DNA of 64,000 nt from Octopus sinensis (Eukaryota). Positions 11,895-24,875 of this stretch are shown here, piece after piece; positions within the stretch are counted from its first letter, which is position 1; each line of letters opens with the position of its first letter. The stretch spans positions 10,912,001 through 10,976,000 of the forward strand of contig NC_043007.1 in NCBI RefSeq assembly GCF_006345805.1, given 5' to 3'. The notes beneath the pieces were generated by a model. The model ran no database searches. It saw nothing but the letters and a program-made list of their open reading frames with translations, and was not told the DNA's origin. The position numbers and the translations under genes are program-made.

Positions 11895-12260
11895 AGTGTG
11901 TCTCAATAACCCTGAGAGATATGTCAGCAGAGTGCAAGCTTCTAGTAGGGTCTACCATGCTGGACTGATCAAAGGGTAGAAGCCAGATAAATATAGACAA
12001 TCTCTTTCTAGAGGTAAAAATGGGTTTGCGTAAGTCCAAAACCTCTGTACAGAAGCATTAGTGATAATTCAAAACCAACAAAACCTGGGAGAGAAAGGCC
12101 TTCCTCCAGAGAAACATGAGAATCCACAAGGGGGCTGGAACAGATGATGCCCTAAAAATAGTGGCAGGGTACTGAAGCAGAGTGGAAAAAACAGGGATCC
12201 AACTAGAGAAAAGCGGAAAAGATAGCCCAAAGTCATTGATGACCTATGTTCCATGGTGAG
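11895..12260 (+). mobile_element. Relic resembling an RTE/Expander 5'UTR; related pieces at 9110-9245 and 10545-10735
   Basis: Shared CTCAATAACCCTGA..GTAGG(G)TCT..CATGCTGGAC..AAAGG.TAGAA.CCAGA motif string in three places. Confidence 0.45.
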
Positions 12261-12573
12261 TAATTAATTAGTTCAAGTACAAAAGAATGGCAATTCAATT
12301 TTTATGACACCACTTTTAATATTGAAATTTCTAACGTTTTTTAACACTTAAATTGAGATATAGTGCAATGTAATAAGAATCGGAAAAAAAAAAAAAAAAT
12401 TGTCCCAAATGACCAGAAAAATAGAAGTTTCTGTCTGAATAATTATTGGTTTATAATTAATAGATTCTAATAATGAGAACTGTTCTTCTTTGTCTGCATC
12501 AGCCAATCTATCTACTCTCAAAATATGATTATTTCCAGCCAAACAGTTGTAAACTCCTTTGCAAATGCTGTTG

Positions 12574-12617
<44 letters not shown>

Positions 12618-12768
12618 GTTATTATTAAGTGGACAAAATGCTTAGCGGTATTTCAACCATCACTATCTTCTGAGTTCAAATTCTGCTACGGTCGACTTTG
12701 CCTTTCATCCTTTCAGGGTGAATGAAATGAGCACCAGTTATGCACTGGGGTCAATGTAATCGACTATT

Positions 12769-13430
12769 CCTCTCCCACCAAATTTCCAGACCTTATGCCT
12801 TTAGTAGAAAGGATTATTATTATTAATAATAAAGCGGTAAGCTGGCAGAATTGTAAGCATGCCGGGCAAAATGTTTAGCAATATTTTGTCCATCTTTACA
12901 TTCTGAGTTCAAAATCTGTCAAGGTCAACTTTGCCTTTCATCCTTTTGTGGTCAATAAAATAAGTACCAGTCGAGTACTAGGGTCCATGCAATCAACTCA
13001 TTCCCTTCCCTGAACTTACAACTTTAAGAGTACTCTTGATGATGGAATCAATGTTGGAGTATCTTAGGCTGCAAATGCTTTTGGAAAACTATTCCATCGT
13101 TAATGAGAAGAACACTGTCAGTTTAATTCACACATATGTGCAGGGCAGAAGCATGGACTTCCCGCTACAGACATATAAAGAAACTTGAAACATTGCACAT
13201 GTCCTGTTTGTACAATATCTGCAACATACAATGGCAAGATTTCAAATGTCAAAATTTGAGAAAAATGTAATATCTCCAGTATCAAAAGCCTGCTCTTGAG
13301 AATTCAATGCAGATGGTTAGGACATGTTCGAATGGAAGATGATCACATTGCATTAATTATTTTGTGTGGCTGACAAAAAGAGGGATACTGTGGTAAAAGA
13401 AGACCTTTCATTAGATATAAGAACAATTTG
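12769..13430 (+). repeat. Local duplicon, copy 1: SINE tail, SINE B and decayed BovB-like RTE C-terminal fragment
   Basis: The same junction order and roughly 90% identity by eye to 23573-24280. Confidence 0.85.
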
Positions 13431-13606
13431 AAGCTAAAATCTCTACAGCTTAATTTAACATCTTGGGAAAGATCGATGTGAGTGGCATTAAAAATTTGTT
13501 GTGAGGCATCTAAATAATTTATGTTGAAGAAACAGGTCAATGAAAGAATCGCATCTTGCAATCATCATCATCACCATCATCATCATCACCATCATCATCA
13601 TCACCA

Positions 13607-13645
<39 letters not shown>

Positions 13646-13669
13646 ATCATCATCATCATCATCATCATC

Positions 13670-13905
13670 ATTGTTTAACGTCCGTTTTCCATGATAGCAC
13701 GGGTTGGATGGTTCGACCGGGGTCTGGGATGCCAGGAGGCTGTACCAGGCTCCAGTCTGATTTGGCAGTGTTTCTACAGTTGGATGCCCTTCTTAACGCC
13801 AACCACTCCGTGAGTGTAGTAGGTGCTTTTTATATGCCACCGGCACAGGGGCCAGGGGGAGGCTGGCAGCGACCACAATCAGTTGGTGCTTTTTATGTGC
13901 CACCG
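13670..13905 (-). mobile_element. Family D RTE-tail element with (CAT)n
   Basis: GTTTAACGTCCGTTTTCCATG...GGATGCCCTTC.TAACGCCAACCACTCC. Confidence 0.85.
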
Positions 13906-14111
13906 GCACAGACATATTTGTCCAGTCCCAGACATAACCAAAATCCTCAATGTCCTCATTGTGACTTCATAGCAAAATCCATACCCGAACCCAAATTACA
14001 CCAATGCAGCCATTGCAAATAGATGCAGCCTCTTTTATTTGTGATCTTTTTTCTTTAAAATCCTTTCGTTCAAACACTCATACATCAAAATCAATGCGAG
14101 TGAGCAATAGT

Positions 14112-14525
14112 AATGGGGTGGCTGTGTGGTAAGTAGCTTGCTTACCAACCACATGGTTCCAGGTTCAGTCCCACTGCATGGCACCTTGGGCAAGTGTCTT
14201 CTGTTATAGCCCCGGGCCGACCAAAGCCTTGTGAGTGGATTTGGTAGACGGAAACTGAAAGAAGCCTGTCGTATATATGTATATATGTATGTATGCGTGT
14301 GTGTGTGTGTTTGTGTGTCTGTGTTTGTCCCCCTAGCATTGCTTGACAACAACCGATGCTGGTGTGTTTATGTCCCCGTTACTTAGCGGTTCGGCAAAAG
14401 AGACCGATAGAATAAGTACTGGGCTTACAAAAGAATAAGTACCGGGGTCGAGTTGCTCGACTAAAGGCGGTGCTCCAGCATGGCCGCAGTCAAATGACTG
14501 AAACAAGTAAAAGAATAAAAGAATA
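14112..14525 (+). mobile_element. Near full-length SINE A
   Basis: Runs from the head through the GAAACAAGTAAAAGA tail. Confidence 0.9.
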
Positions 14526-14777
14526 TAAACGAATCCATGGGAGTGACCAATAGTAACGATATTAAAATTAGAATCATGCATACTCATACTTTATCTCTTA
14601 TTGTTAATATTGTATGCTGTGTAAACTTATGTTTTCTGTGTAACTTCCAGCGCTTCGTCTATGTCATTGTATTGTCCCTTTCGTCTATCACCAAGGTGAC
14701 AAATGAAGGAAATTAAGATGATGATGATTTCTTTCATCATCATAGTCGTCCTCCTCCTCCTCCTCCTCCTCATCATC

Positions 14778-14829
<52 letters not shown>

Positions 14830-14869
14830 ACAGCACTGCTATTATTATTATTATTATTATTATTATTTG

Positions 14870-15035
14870 GCACGTAAAAAGCACCCACTACACTCACGGA
14901 GTGGTTGGCGTTAGGAAGGGCATCCAGCCGTAGAAACCCTGCCAGATCAGACTGGGCCTGATGCAGCCTTCTGGCTTCACAGACCCCAGTTGAACCGTCC
15001 AACCCATGCTAGCATGGAAAGCGGACGCTAAATGA
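14870..15035 (+). mobile_element. Family D RTE-tail element
   Basis: GGCACGTAAAAAGCACCCACTACAC...GGACGCTAAATGATGATG. Confidence 0.85.
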
Positions 15036-15551
15036 TGATGATGATGATGATGATATGATGATGATGATGATGATGATGATCATCATCATCATCATCATCA
15101 TTACTATTATTATTATTATTCTCCTCAGCATCGGTTGATAACCAATGCTGGTGTGTTTACGTCCCTGTAACTTAGCGGTTCGGCAAAAAAAACCCCAAAA
15201 ACGATAGAATAAGTACTAGGTTTTTCAAAGAATAAGTCCTGCCTGGGGTCGATCGATTTGCTCGATCGACAAAAGGCGGTGCTCCCGCCGCAGGGCCACA
15301 GTCAAATGACTTTAAAAACAAGTAAAAAAGAGTAAAAAAAGAGTAAAAAGAGATCTGCTCAAATAAAACTGACGATCTAGGACAAGACGCGCATCATCTC
15401 ACCTTTGAAAAACCTAAGATTAAGTTGACATGGCACAGGTGCAACAAGTGCAATTGATCTGCAATAAGCAATCATTTACAAAATGCAACCCAGACTGCTG
15501 CAGGCACGAACAACTTGATTGCAGTCGTTTGAGCAGCATTATCTACCTTGG

Positions 15552-15565
15552 GTTGCTATGGTAAC
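15552..15565. promoter_or_regulatory. Candidate RFX X-box GTTGCTATGGTAAC
   Basis: Close match to the RFX palindrome GTTGCCATGGCAAC, in non-repetitive sequence. Confidence 0.45.
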
Positions 15566-16344
15566 CATAAGAAAGTCATATGATGGTCAGTCGGGTTTTT
15601 TTTTTTACCTTTTCTTTCTTTTATTTATTTATTTATTTTTTTTTTTTTTATTTATTCATACGTATATTTTTTTATCTGTTTGTATATATTTATACTCCCA
15701 TATATATATATATATTAGTTTTTTTATTTATGTTTTTGTGTTCATATTTGTAATTATTTATTTATGCTTATTTTGCACACAAGTATTTTATGATTTTATT
15801 TACTTATTTATTCATTCATTTATGTATTCTGTATCGATAATCACCACCACCATCATCATCATCATCATCATTATCATTGTCGTTGTCATCGTTGTCATCA
15901 TCATCATCACCATTATCATCATCATCATTGTTGTTCATCATTATTATTACACTTTATTCCAATTTTGTATTGCCCCCCCACCACCAGCCCCACCTCATCT
16001 GTCACCATGGTGGCAAAGAGAAGAAATCATTATCATTATTATTGTTGTTGGTGTTGTTATTGTTGAAGGCATCAATCTGACAGAATCATGAGCACGGCAG
16101 TCAAAATGCATTTTTATGTTCTGAGTTCAAATTCTGCTGAGGTTGACTTTGTTTTACATCCTTTTGGGGTTGATAAAATAAGTACCAGCTGAGCACTGGG
16201 GGTGATGTAATTGATTTACTCCTCCCCCTAAATTGCTGGCCTTGTGCCAAAATTCGAAACCATTATCATCATCACCATTATCATTATTACTATTATTATT
16301 ATTATTAATTATTATTATTATTTTTATTATTATTTTTATTTTTA

Positions 16345-16947
16345 TTGAGTGAGAGAAAAGTGCATGCCATCAAAGTGACACTGGGGTAAAATATACGAAG
16401 TCCAGTATACCCATCATGACTACTCATCTGATAAGGGTACACCAGGCACATGCATCACAACCATATGTGTGCGACATGGTGATCCCATATCAAGATTAAC
16501 GGTGCATGACCTTGCAGGTGGGGCCCCAGTTAGAATTTTCTTCAGGTTGAGTAGCTCATCCTGCTCAAGATATCCCTGAATAAGGGTTGTTTAAGGATGT
16601 TGAACAAAACACCCATGTTTCCAAAGATGAATTGTCCAAACCCCAAAGAATTCCTCTCAACACATGGCTATGATGCTCCCGCACTACTTCTGCTTGCGAT
16701 CAGAGATGCACATATCGTCAGCCACTAAGGGACATGTTCAACTGGTTAAGGTCAAACAACTGAGATGCAAATCTGTGGTATTGAGCAGAATATTTGCTGT
16801 AGCCCATCTTTTATACCAAGACAAAACAATGTACATGATAACACTTCCAATCAGTTAAGATCAGAATTCATGAGAGCCACTGCCTGGTATTGCATCAGGG
16901 CAATATCAAATCTGTGGTATTAAGCAGAATATTTGCTGTAGCCCATC

Positions 16948-16950
<3 letters not shown>
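16345..16950 (-). mobile_element. ~600-bp non-coding retroposon (family E) embedded in (TAA)n
   Basis: Near-identical inverted copy at 55549-56072. Both are flanked by AAT/ATT repeats. Confidence 0.8.
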
Positions 16951-16998
<48 letters not shown>

Positions 16999-17695
16999 AT
17001 TATTATTAATATTATTATTATTAATATTATTATTAATATTATTATTATTAATATTATTATTAATATTATTATTATTATTATTATTATATATTATTATTAT
17101 TAATATTATTATTAATATTATTATTATTAATATTATTATTAATTATTATTATTATATTATTAATATATTATTATTATTAATATTATTATTAATATTATTA
17201 TTTTAATATTATTATTAATATTATTATTATTAATATTATTATTAATATTATTATTAATATTATTATTAATATTATTATTATTAATATTATTATTAATATT
17301 ATTATTATTAATATTATTATTAATATTATTATTATTAATATTATTATTAATTATTATTATTAATATATTATTATTATTATTAATTATTATTATTATTATT
17401 AATATTATTATTATTATATTATTATTAATATATTATTATTATATTATTATTAATATTATTATTAATATTATATTATTAATATTATTATTAATATTATTAT
17501 TATTAATATTATTATTAATATTATTATTATTAATATTATTATAATATTATTATTATTAATATTATTATTAATATTATTATTATTAATATTATTATTAATA
17601 TTATTATTATTAATATTATTATTATTATTATATTATTATTAATATTATTATTAATATTATTATTATTAATATTATTATTAATATTATTATTATTA
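16948..17695. repeat. Pure A/T minisatellite, about (TTATTATTAATA)n
   Basis: No G or C seen over about 748 bp, with recurrent TAATATTA palindromes. Confidence 0.9.
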
Positions 17696-17909
17696 CCAGT
17701 GGGTGAACCACCCACCGTAAGCTTAATATCCCATTTGAATTTAATGTGTTTTTGATGTTGCTACTGTTCTCGTTAATATACTTGTTTGTTTTGGTTTATT
17801 TTTTTCTTGTCATATTAGTGTTACCATCAATAATGGAAAAATGTCCAGTGACAAGTCAGATAAAGAATTACTAAAAACATCAACCACCTACACACGCACA
17901 TTCTCTTTT

Positions 17910-18700
<791 letters not shown>

Positions 18701-19894
18701 GTCCTTCACACACAATCTCAATGGGCTGACATTTTTTTCTGTCTTGAATAATTAAACACTGTTATATAATGTTTTCAGCTCAATCAACTGGAATTTATAA
18801 CGCAATAATCTGTAATGTTCAGAGTCAATGGATTAGTTAACAGTGGGAAATAACACGGCGAACCAGATGGTGCAGCCATCTGGTTTGCCAGGCCTCAGTC
18901 AAATCGTCCAACCCATGCTAGCATGGAAAGCAGACGTTAAACAATAATGATGATGAGGATGATATATACATATGTAAAAGGCACCATCCAAGCGTGACCT
19001 TTACCAGTATTGCCTTACTGGCACCTGTGCCGGTGGCATGTGTAAAAGATTCGAGCGAGGTCGTTGCCAATACTGTCTGACTGGCCCTGTGCCGGTGGCT
19101 CTCGGAGTGTTTGGTGTTAGGAAAGGCATCAAAGCTGTAGAAACTCTGCAAGATAAAGATTGAAGCCTGGTGCAGCCATCTGGTTCGCCAGCCCTCAGTC
19201 AAATTGTCCAACCCACAGTAGCATGGAAAGCGGACATTAAACGACGATGATGGGGTGAAAGAGAGAAAGTTGGGGGCAAAAGAGTACAACAGGGGTCACT
19301 ACCACCCCCTGCCAGAGCCTCATGGAGCTTTAGGTGTTTTCACATAATAAACACACACAACACCCGGTCTGGAAATTGAAACTGCGATCCTCCGACCGCG
19401 AGTTCGCTGCCCTAACCACTGGGCCATTGCGCCTCTGATTACACTAGTGCCATATCAGATTATGTAGAAGCACCCTCGTCGGTTAATGTAATAGGATACT
19501 GAACAAGATGTGGATGTGTCAGGCTGCTGACAATATATTGTGTATGCTACTGTATACAGTAAGAAATAAAGAGCTTTTGTTTCATACCTCCATATTTCCA
19601 GACGGTCTGAGAAATCCATAACAGTAACTTGATGGTTACATGATGATAATTGGAAAGAATGACGTCAAAAAATATCATGTAGATAATGTGGAGAATGTGT
19701 TGAAGTCTTTAAAACTAATTAACCTAGTTATTATGTAAAGAAAGACAAGATAACTATAACCATATACACTTACACAAACATACATGCGAACAAACGCACA
19801 CATGTGTGTGTGTATGTTTGTATAAATAAACAATTCATTTACAATACATACACATACACACACACATACAACATGCACAAGCATGCATGTATAT

Positions 19895-19941
<47 letters not shown>

Positions 19942-20322
19942 CATATATATATAATATATATATATATAAATAAATAGATATATAAATATATATATATATA
20001 CATATTATATATATATATACATATATACATCGTCATCATCATCGTCGTTTAACGTCCGTTCTCCATGCTAGCATGGGTTGGACGGTTCGACCGGGGTTCT
20101 GGGAAGCCAGAAGGCTGCACCAGGCTCCAGTCTAATTTGGCAATGTTTCTACAGCTGGATGCCCTTCCTAACGCCAACCACTCCGTGAGTGTAGTGGGTG
20201 CTTTTTACGTGCCACCTGCACAGGTGCCAGGCGGGGCTGGCAACGGCCACGGTCAGATTGGTGTATTTTATGTGCCACCGGCACGGAAGCCAGTCGAGGC
20301 GGTGCTGGCATCGGCCACGAGT

Positions 20323-20790
20323 CGGATAGTGCTTTTTACGTACCACCAGACCAGGGATCCTGGCTGGTTCAATTCGATTTCGATTTCGATTTCGCTTGCC
20401 CCAACATGTCTTCACAAGCAAAGGGGGTGGCAAGGGTGCCTGTCGTACGGTCGCATTGGAGTATTTTACGTGCCACGGCCACGAGTCGGATAGTGCTTTT
20501 TACGTACCACCAGACCAGGGATCCTGGCTGGTTCAATTCGATTTCGATTTCGCTTGCCCCAACATGTCTTCACAAGCAAAGGGGGTTGGCATGGGTGCCT
20601 GTCGTACGGTCGCATTGGAGTATTTTACGTGCCACGGCCCCGAGTCGGATAGTGCTTTTTACGTACCACCAGGCCAGGGATCCTGGCTGGTTCAATTCGG
20701 TTTCGATTTCGATTTCGATTTCGCTTGCCCCAACATGTCTTCGCAAGCATGGGGGGTTGGGATGGGTGTCTGTCGTCGGATGAGGTTCTA
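20323..20790 (-). repeat. ~160-bp tandem triplication with (TTTCGA)n inside the LINE 3'UTR
   Basis: TCGGATAGTGCTTTTTACGTACCACCAG recurs near 20323, 20486 and 20645. Confidence 0.85.
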
Positions 20791-20859
20791 TATCGACTTC
20801 GCTTGCCTCAACCGGTCTTTGTGTCCAAGGGAGGAAAGGCATTCATAAGTGGGCTGGGC

Positions 20860-22266
20860 TCACTTGTCCTGCCTGGTCTTCTCACGTACAGAATATTTCC
20901 AAAGGTCTCGGTCTCTGGTCATTTCCTCAGTGAGGCCTAAAGTTCGAAGGTCGTGCTTCACCACCTCGTCCCAGGTTTTCCTGGGTCTACCTCTTCCACG
21001 GGTTCCCTCAACTGCTAGGGATTGGCACTTTCTCACACACCTATCTTCATCCATTCTCGCCACATGACCATACCAGCGCAATCGTCTCTCTTGCACACCA
21101 CAACTGATGCTTCTTAGGTACAACATTTCTCTCAAGGTGCTAACGCTCTGTCGAGTATGTACACTGACATTACACATCCATCGGAGCATACTGGCTTCAT
21201 TCCTCACGAGCTTACGCATGTCCTCAGCAGTCACAGCCCATGTTTCGCTGCCATGTAGCATGGCTGTTCGTACACACGCATCATACAGTCTGCCTTTTAC
21301 TCTGAGCGAGAGGCCTTTAGTCACCAGCAGAGGTAAGAGCTCCCTAAACTTTGCCCAGGCTATTCTTATTCTAGCAGTTACACTTTCAGCGCACCCACCC
21401 CCACTACTGACTTGGTCACCTAAATAACGGAAGCTATCAACTACTTCTAGTTTTTCCCCCTGGAAAGTGACGGAAGTTGTTTTCTGCAGATTTTCGGAGG
21501 TTAATGCTCCCGAGCATCTGCCACATACAAAAACTATCTTCCCAGTTAGCCTACCTTTGACATTGCTGCACCTCTTATGTGTCCATAGCTTACACTGGGT
21601 ACATCTTATAGAGTTTCTACCTACACCTTTTCTACAGATCGAGCAGGGCCATCTTCCTGAAGATATTTGTGGATTGTCTACCTTTCTACTTATTAGTACT
21701 TTGGTTTTAGCTAGGTTGACTCTAAGGCCCCTTGATTCTAAACCCTCCTTCCACACCTGGAACTTCTCCTCCAGTTCTGATAGTGACTCAGCAATAAGAG
21801 CAAGGTCGTCAGCGTAGAGGAGCTCCCAGGGACAGCCTGTCTTGAATTCTTCCGTAATTGCCTGGAGTACTATGATAAATAGGAGGGGGCTGAGTACTGA
21901 ACCCTGGTGGACCCCAACCTCTACTTTGAATTCTTCTGTGTACATGTTGCCAACCCTAACCTTACTTACGGCATCTCTGTACATGGCTTGCACAGTCCTC
22001 ACCAGCCATTCATCTATCCCTAGTTTCCTCATTGACCACCAGATAAGGGATCGGGGGACCCTATCAAAAGCTTTCTCCATGTCAACGAAAGCCAGGTACA
22101 GGGGCTTATCTTTGGCTAGGTATTTCTCCTGCAGCTGCCTTACCAGGAATATAGCATCAGTGGTACTTTTTCCTGGCACGAACCCAAACTGCATCTCATC
22201 TAAACTAACTCTCTCTCTAATTAGTTGGGCTATGACCCTCTCCGTAACCTTCATTACTTGATCCAA
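20860..22266 (-). CDS. LINE reverse transcriptase (QFGF, DMEKAFD, GVHQGS, YADD, FRYLG) with C4HC3 finger and RTE C-terminus (RGRPRKTW)
   Basis: 468-aa uninterrupted ORF carrying all RT motifs. Confidence 0.9.
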   Translation of the reverse strand: MDQVMKVTERVIAQLIRERVSLDEMQFGFVPGKSTTDAIFLVRQLQEKYLAKDKPLYLAFVDMEKAFDRVPRSLIWWSMRKLGIDEWLVRTVQAMYRDAVSKVRVGNMYTEEFKVEVGVHQGSVLSPLLFIIVLQAITEEFKTGCPWELLYADDLALIAESLSELEEKFQVWKEGLESRGLRVNLAKTKVLISRKVDNPQISSGRWPCSICRKGVGRNSIRCTQCKLWTHKRCSNVKGRLTGKIVFVCGRCSGALTSENLQKTTSVTFQGEKLEVVDSFRYLGDQVSSGGGCAESVTARIRIAWAKFRELLPLLVTKGLSLRVKGRLYDACVRTAMLHGSETWAVTAEDMRKLVRNEASMLRWMCNVSVHTRQSVSTLREMLYLRSISCGVQERRLRWYGHVARMDEDRCVRKCQSLAVEGTRGRGRPRKTWDEVVKHDLRTLGLTEEMTRDRDLWKYSVREKTRQDK

Positions 22267-22521
22267 CAGCTTGATACCCCTGTAATTATTTGTATCTAGG
22301 CATCACCTTTACCTTTGTAGCAGTTGACTATTATGCTGCTGCACCAGTCATTGGGTATGACTCCTTCGTGTATCACCTGGTTGACTATACGGGTGACTAG
22401 GTTATAGCCGACACTACCAGATATTTTGAGCATCTCTGCAGTAATTCCTGATGGGCCTGGGGCTTATATATATATATAATATATATAATATATATATATA
22501 TATAATATATATATATATATA

Positions 22522-22552
<31 letters not shown>

Positions 22553-22553
22553 C

Positions 22554-22584
<31 letters not shown>

Positions 22585-23572
22585 CATACATACATACATA
22601 CATATATATAGATATATATATATATATATATATGCACCGATAAAAGCAGTCCAGGGCATTGCTTTTCTTTTAGTAAAAAACGTGGGACTAGATGCAGAAA
22701 CAATGTGGTTAGGAAGCACATCTCAACCACAGAGCCATGTCTGGCCCAACATGTGTGTGTGTGTATAAGATTGGGAGAAAGCTTAGTGAAATTTTACATA
22801 CCACATGTAAAATGTGAACTGCTATTAGTTATTCAAAAAAAAATATCTCTGCTTATTTTTATCTTGATTTGCAGGTATTTATAGAAATACTTTAGGTAGT
22901 AGATATTTAAGAATACTTAGAAAACTACTCACATGCACACATACATATATATCCAACAATACTTACCACACACATATATATGAAAGCACAAGAACATTCG
23001 CACACATATATACGCGTACGTCTCTGTGTATGCATTTATATGCATGTATGTGGACAGATGTGTGTGTATGTCCTATATCTTTTATTTGTCATTATCTACT
23101 TGTTTTGATCGTAAGACTGTGGCCATGCTGGGGCATTGCCTTGAAGAACTTTTTGTCGAATGAATTGACCCCAGGACTTTTTTTAATCCTGGCACTTATT
23201 CTATCAGTCTCTTTTGCCAAACTGCAAAGTTACAGGCACATAAACACACCAACACTGGTTGTGAAGTGGTAGGTGGAGGAACCAACAGAGACATAAAGAC
23301 ACTCAAATGTTTGCTTATATATATATATATATATATATATACGAGCAAAACGCCTCCCCCAGTCCAATGTATGGTGCTGAGTTGTCAAACATTTAAACCA
23401 AATTTTCTCAAAACAACTTGTCTGACCGTCCCATAGGCTTCCCCTTTGAGAAACACTGATTTAACCTAAATTTGAGACACCAGCAAAAGAAGAAAAAAAG
23501 ATAGACTTTTTTTTCTATTCCACAGAAAAACGATTTTATTCACACAAATATGCAACCGAAGAGTTTAAAGCA

Positions 23573-23616
23573 CCTCTCCCACCAAATTTCCAGACCTCAT
23601 GCCTTTAATAGAAAGG

Positions 23617-23670
<54 letters not shown>

Positions 23671-24280
23671 AATAATGATAAAGCGGCAAGCTGGCAGAAT
23701 TGTTAGCATGCTGGGCAAAATGCTTAGCAGTATTTTGTCCATCTTTATATTCTGAGTTCAAAATCTGTCAAGGTCAACTTTGCTTTCATCCTTTTGGGGT
23801 CGATAAAATAAGTACCAGCTGAGTACTAGGGTCCATGTAATCAACTCATTCTCTTCCTTGAACTTACAACTTTAAGATTACTCTTGATGATGGAATCAAT
23901 GTTGGAGTATCTTAGGCTGCAAATGCTTTTGGAAAACTATTCCATCATTAATGAGAAGAACACAGTGTCAGTTTAATTCACACATATATGCAGGGCAGAA
24001 GCATGGACTTCCCGCTACAGACATATAAAGAAACTTGAAACATTTCACATGTTCTCTTTGCACAATATCTGCAACATACAATGGCAAGATATCAAATTTC
24101 AAAATCTGAGAAAAATGTAATATCATAAGTATCAAAAGTATGCTCTTGAGAATTCAATGTAGATGGTTAGGATATTTTCAAATGGAAGATGATCACATTC
24201 CAAAAATTATTTTGTGTGGCTGACAAAAAGAGGGATACTGTGGTAAGGGAAGACCTTTCCTTAGATATAAGGACAATTTG
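23573..24280 (+). repeat. Local duplicon, copy 2
   Basis: See 12769-13430. Confidence 0.85.
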
Positions 24281-24600
24281 CCTGCTCTTGAGAATTCAAT
24301 GCAGATGGCTGTTGACTGGGAGAACACAAACATGGTTTAAACAGTAAGCTTGGCAGGAAAGAAATGTGCCTTGAAGCAGTACAAAAACAATAAGGAATGG
24401 AAGGTGCAGTTATGTACAGGTTGATGGAAGAAAAGCAGGACAAAAACGGCTTACAATCGCATTCTCACCTGGAATCGATTTTTGTAATGCCCTGATACCG
24501 TCGGTATCTACATATCAAATTTGAGCACAATCGGATGGAGGATGCCCGAGATCCGAGAAGACACACACACACACAGAATGGATTTTATGTAAGATACCTT

Positions 24601-24730
24601 ACAAACAAGGGCAAAAGAAAAAATTCTAATGCCAAATATGCCGAAAATAGACAAATCGTCAATAACCATATAATTTATTGACAATTTGTCTATTTTCGGC
24701 ATATTTGTTTCTTTTGCACTTGTTTATAAA
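24601..24730. mobile_element. Palindromic MITE-like element
   Basis: AAATATGCCGAAAATAGACAAATCGTCAATA pairs with TATTGACAATTTGTCTATTTTCGGCATATTT. The outer arms AAACAAG.GCAAAAGAAA also pair. Confidence 0.6.
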
Positions 24731-24875
24731 GTTGTTTATAAATTTAACCTTTAAAGGGATTTTTTAATATGCTGGCCATTGATAGAATTTTTTTCGGAAA
24801 ATTTTATCCTATATTAGATATATATATATAATTCATTTATCTACTTCAATAATATATATATATATATATATATAT

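Larger units (their letters stand above)
20028..22465 (-). mobile_element. 5'-truncated RTE-clade LINE, copy 1, flanked by (TA)n
   Basis: RT ORF plus 3'UTR ending in the family D module and (GAT)n. Confidence 0.95.

Noticed and set aside
15519-16091. 190-aa hydrophobic ORF
   Set aside because: Mostly T-rich and (CAT)n low-complexity sequence.
22875-22895. 21-nt microexon after a strong TTTGCAG acceptor
   Set aside because: The donor GTAGTA is weak and there is no partner exon.
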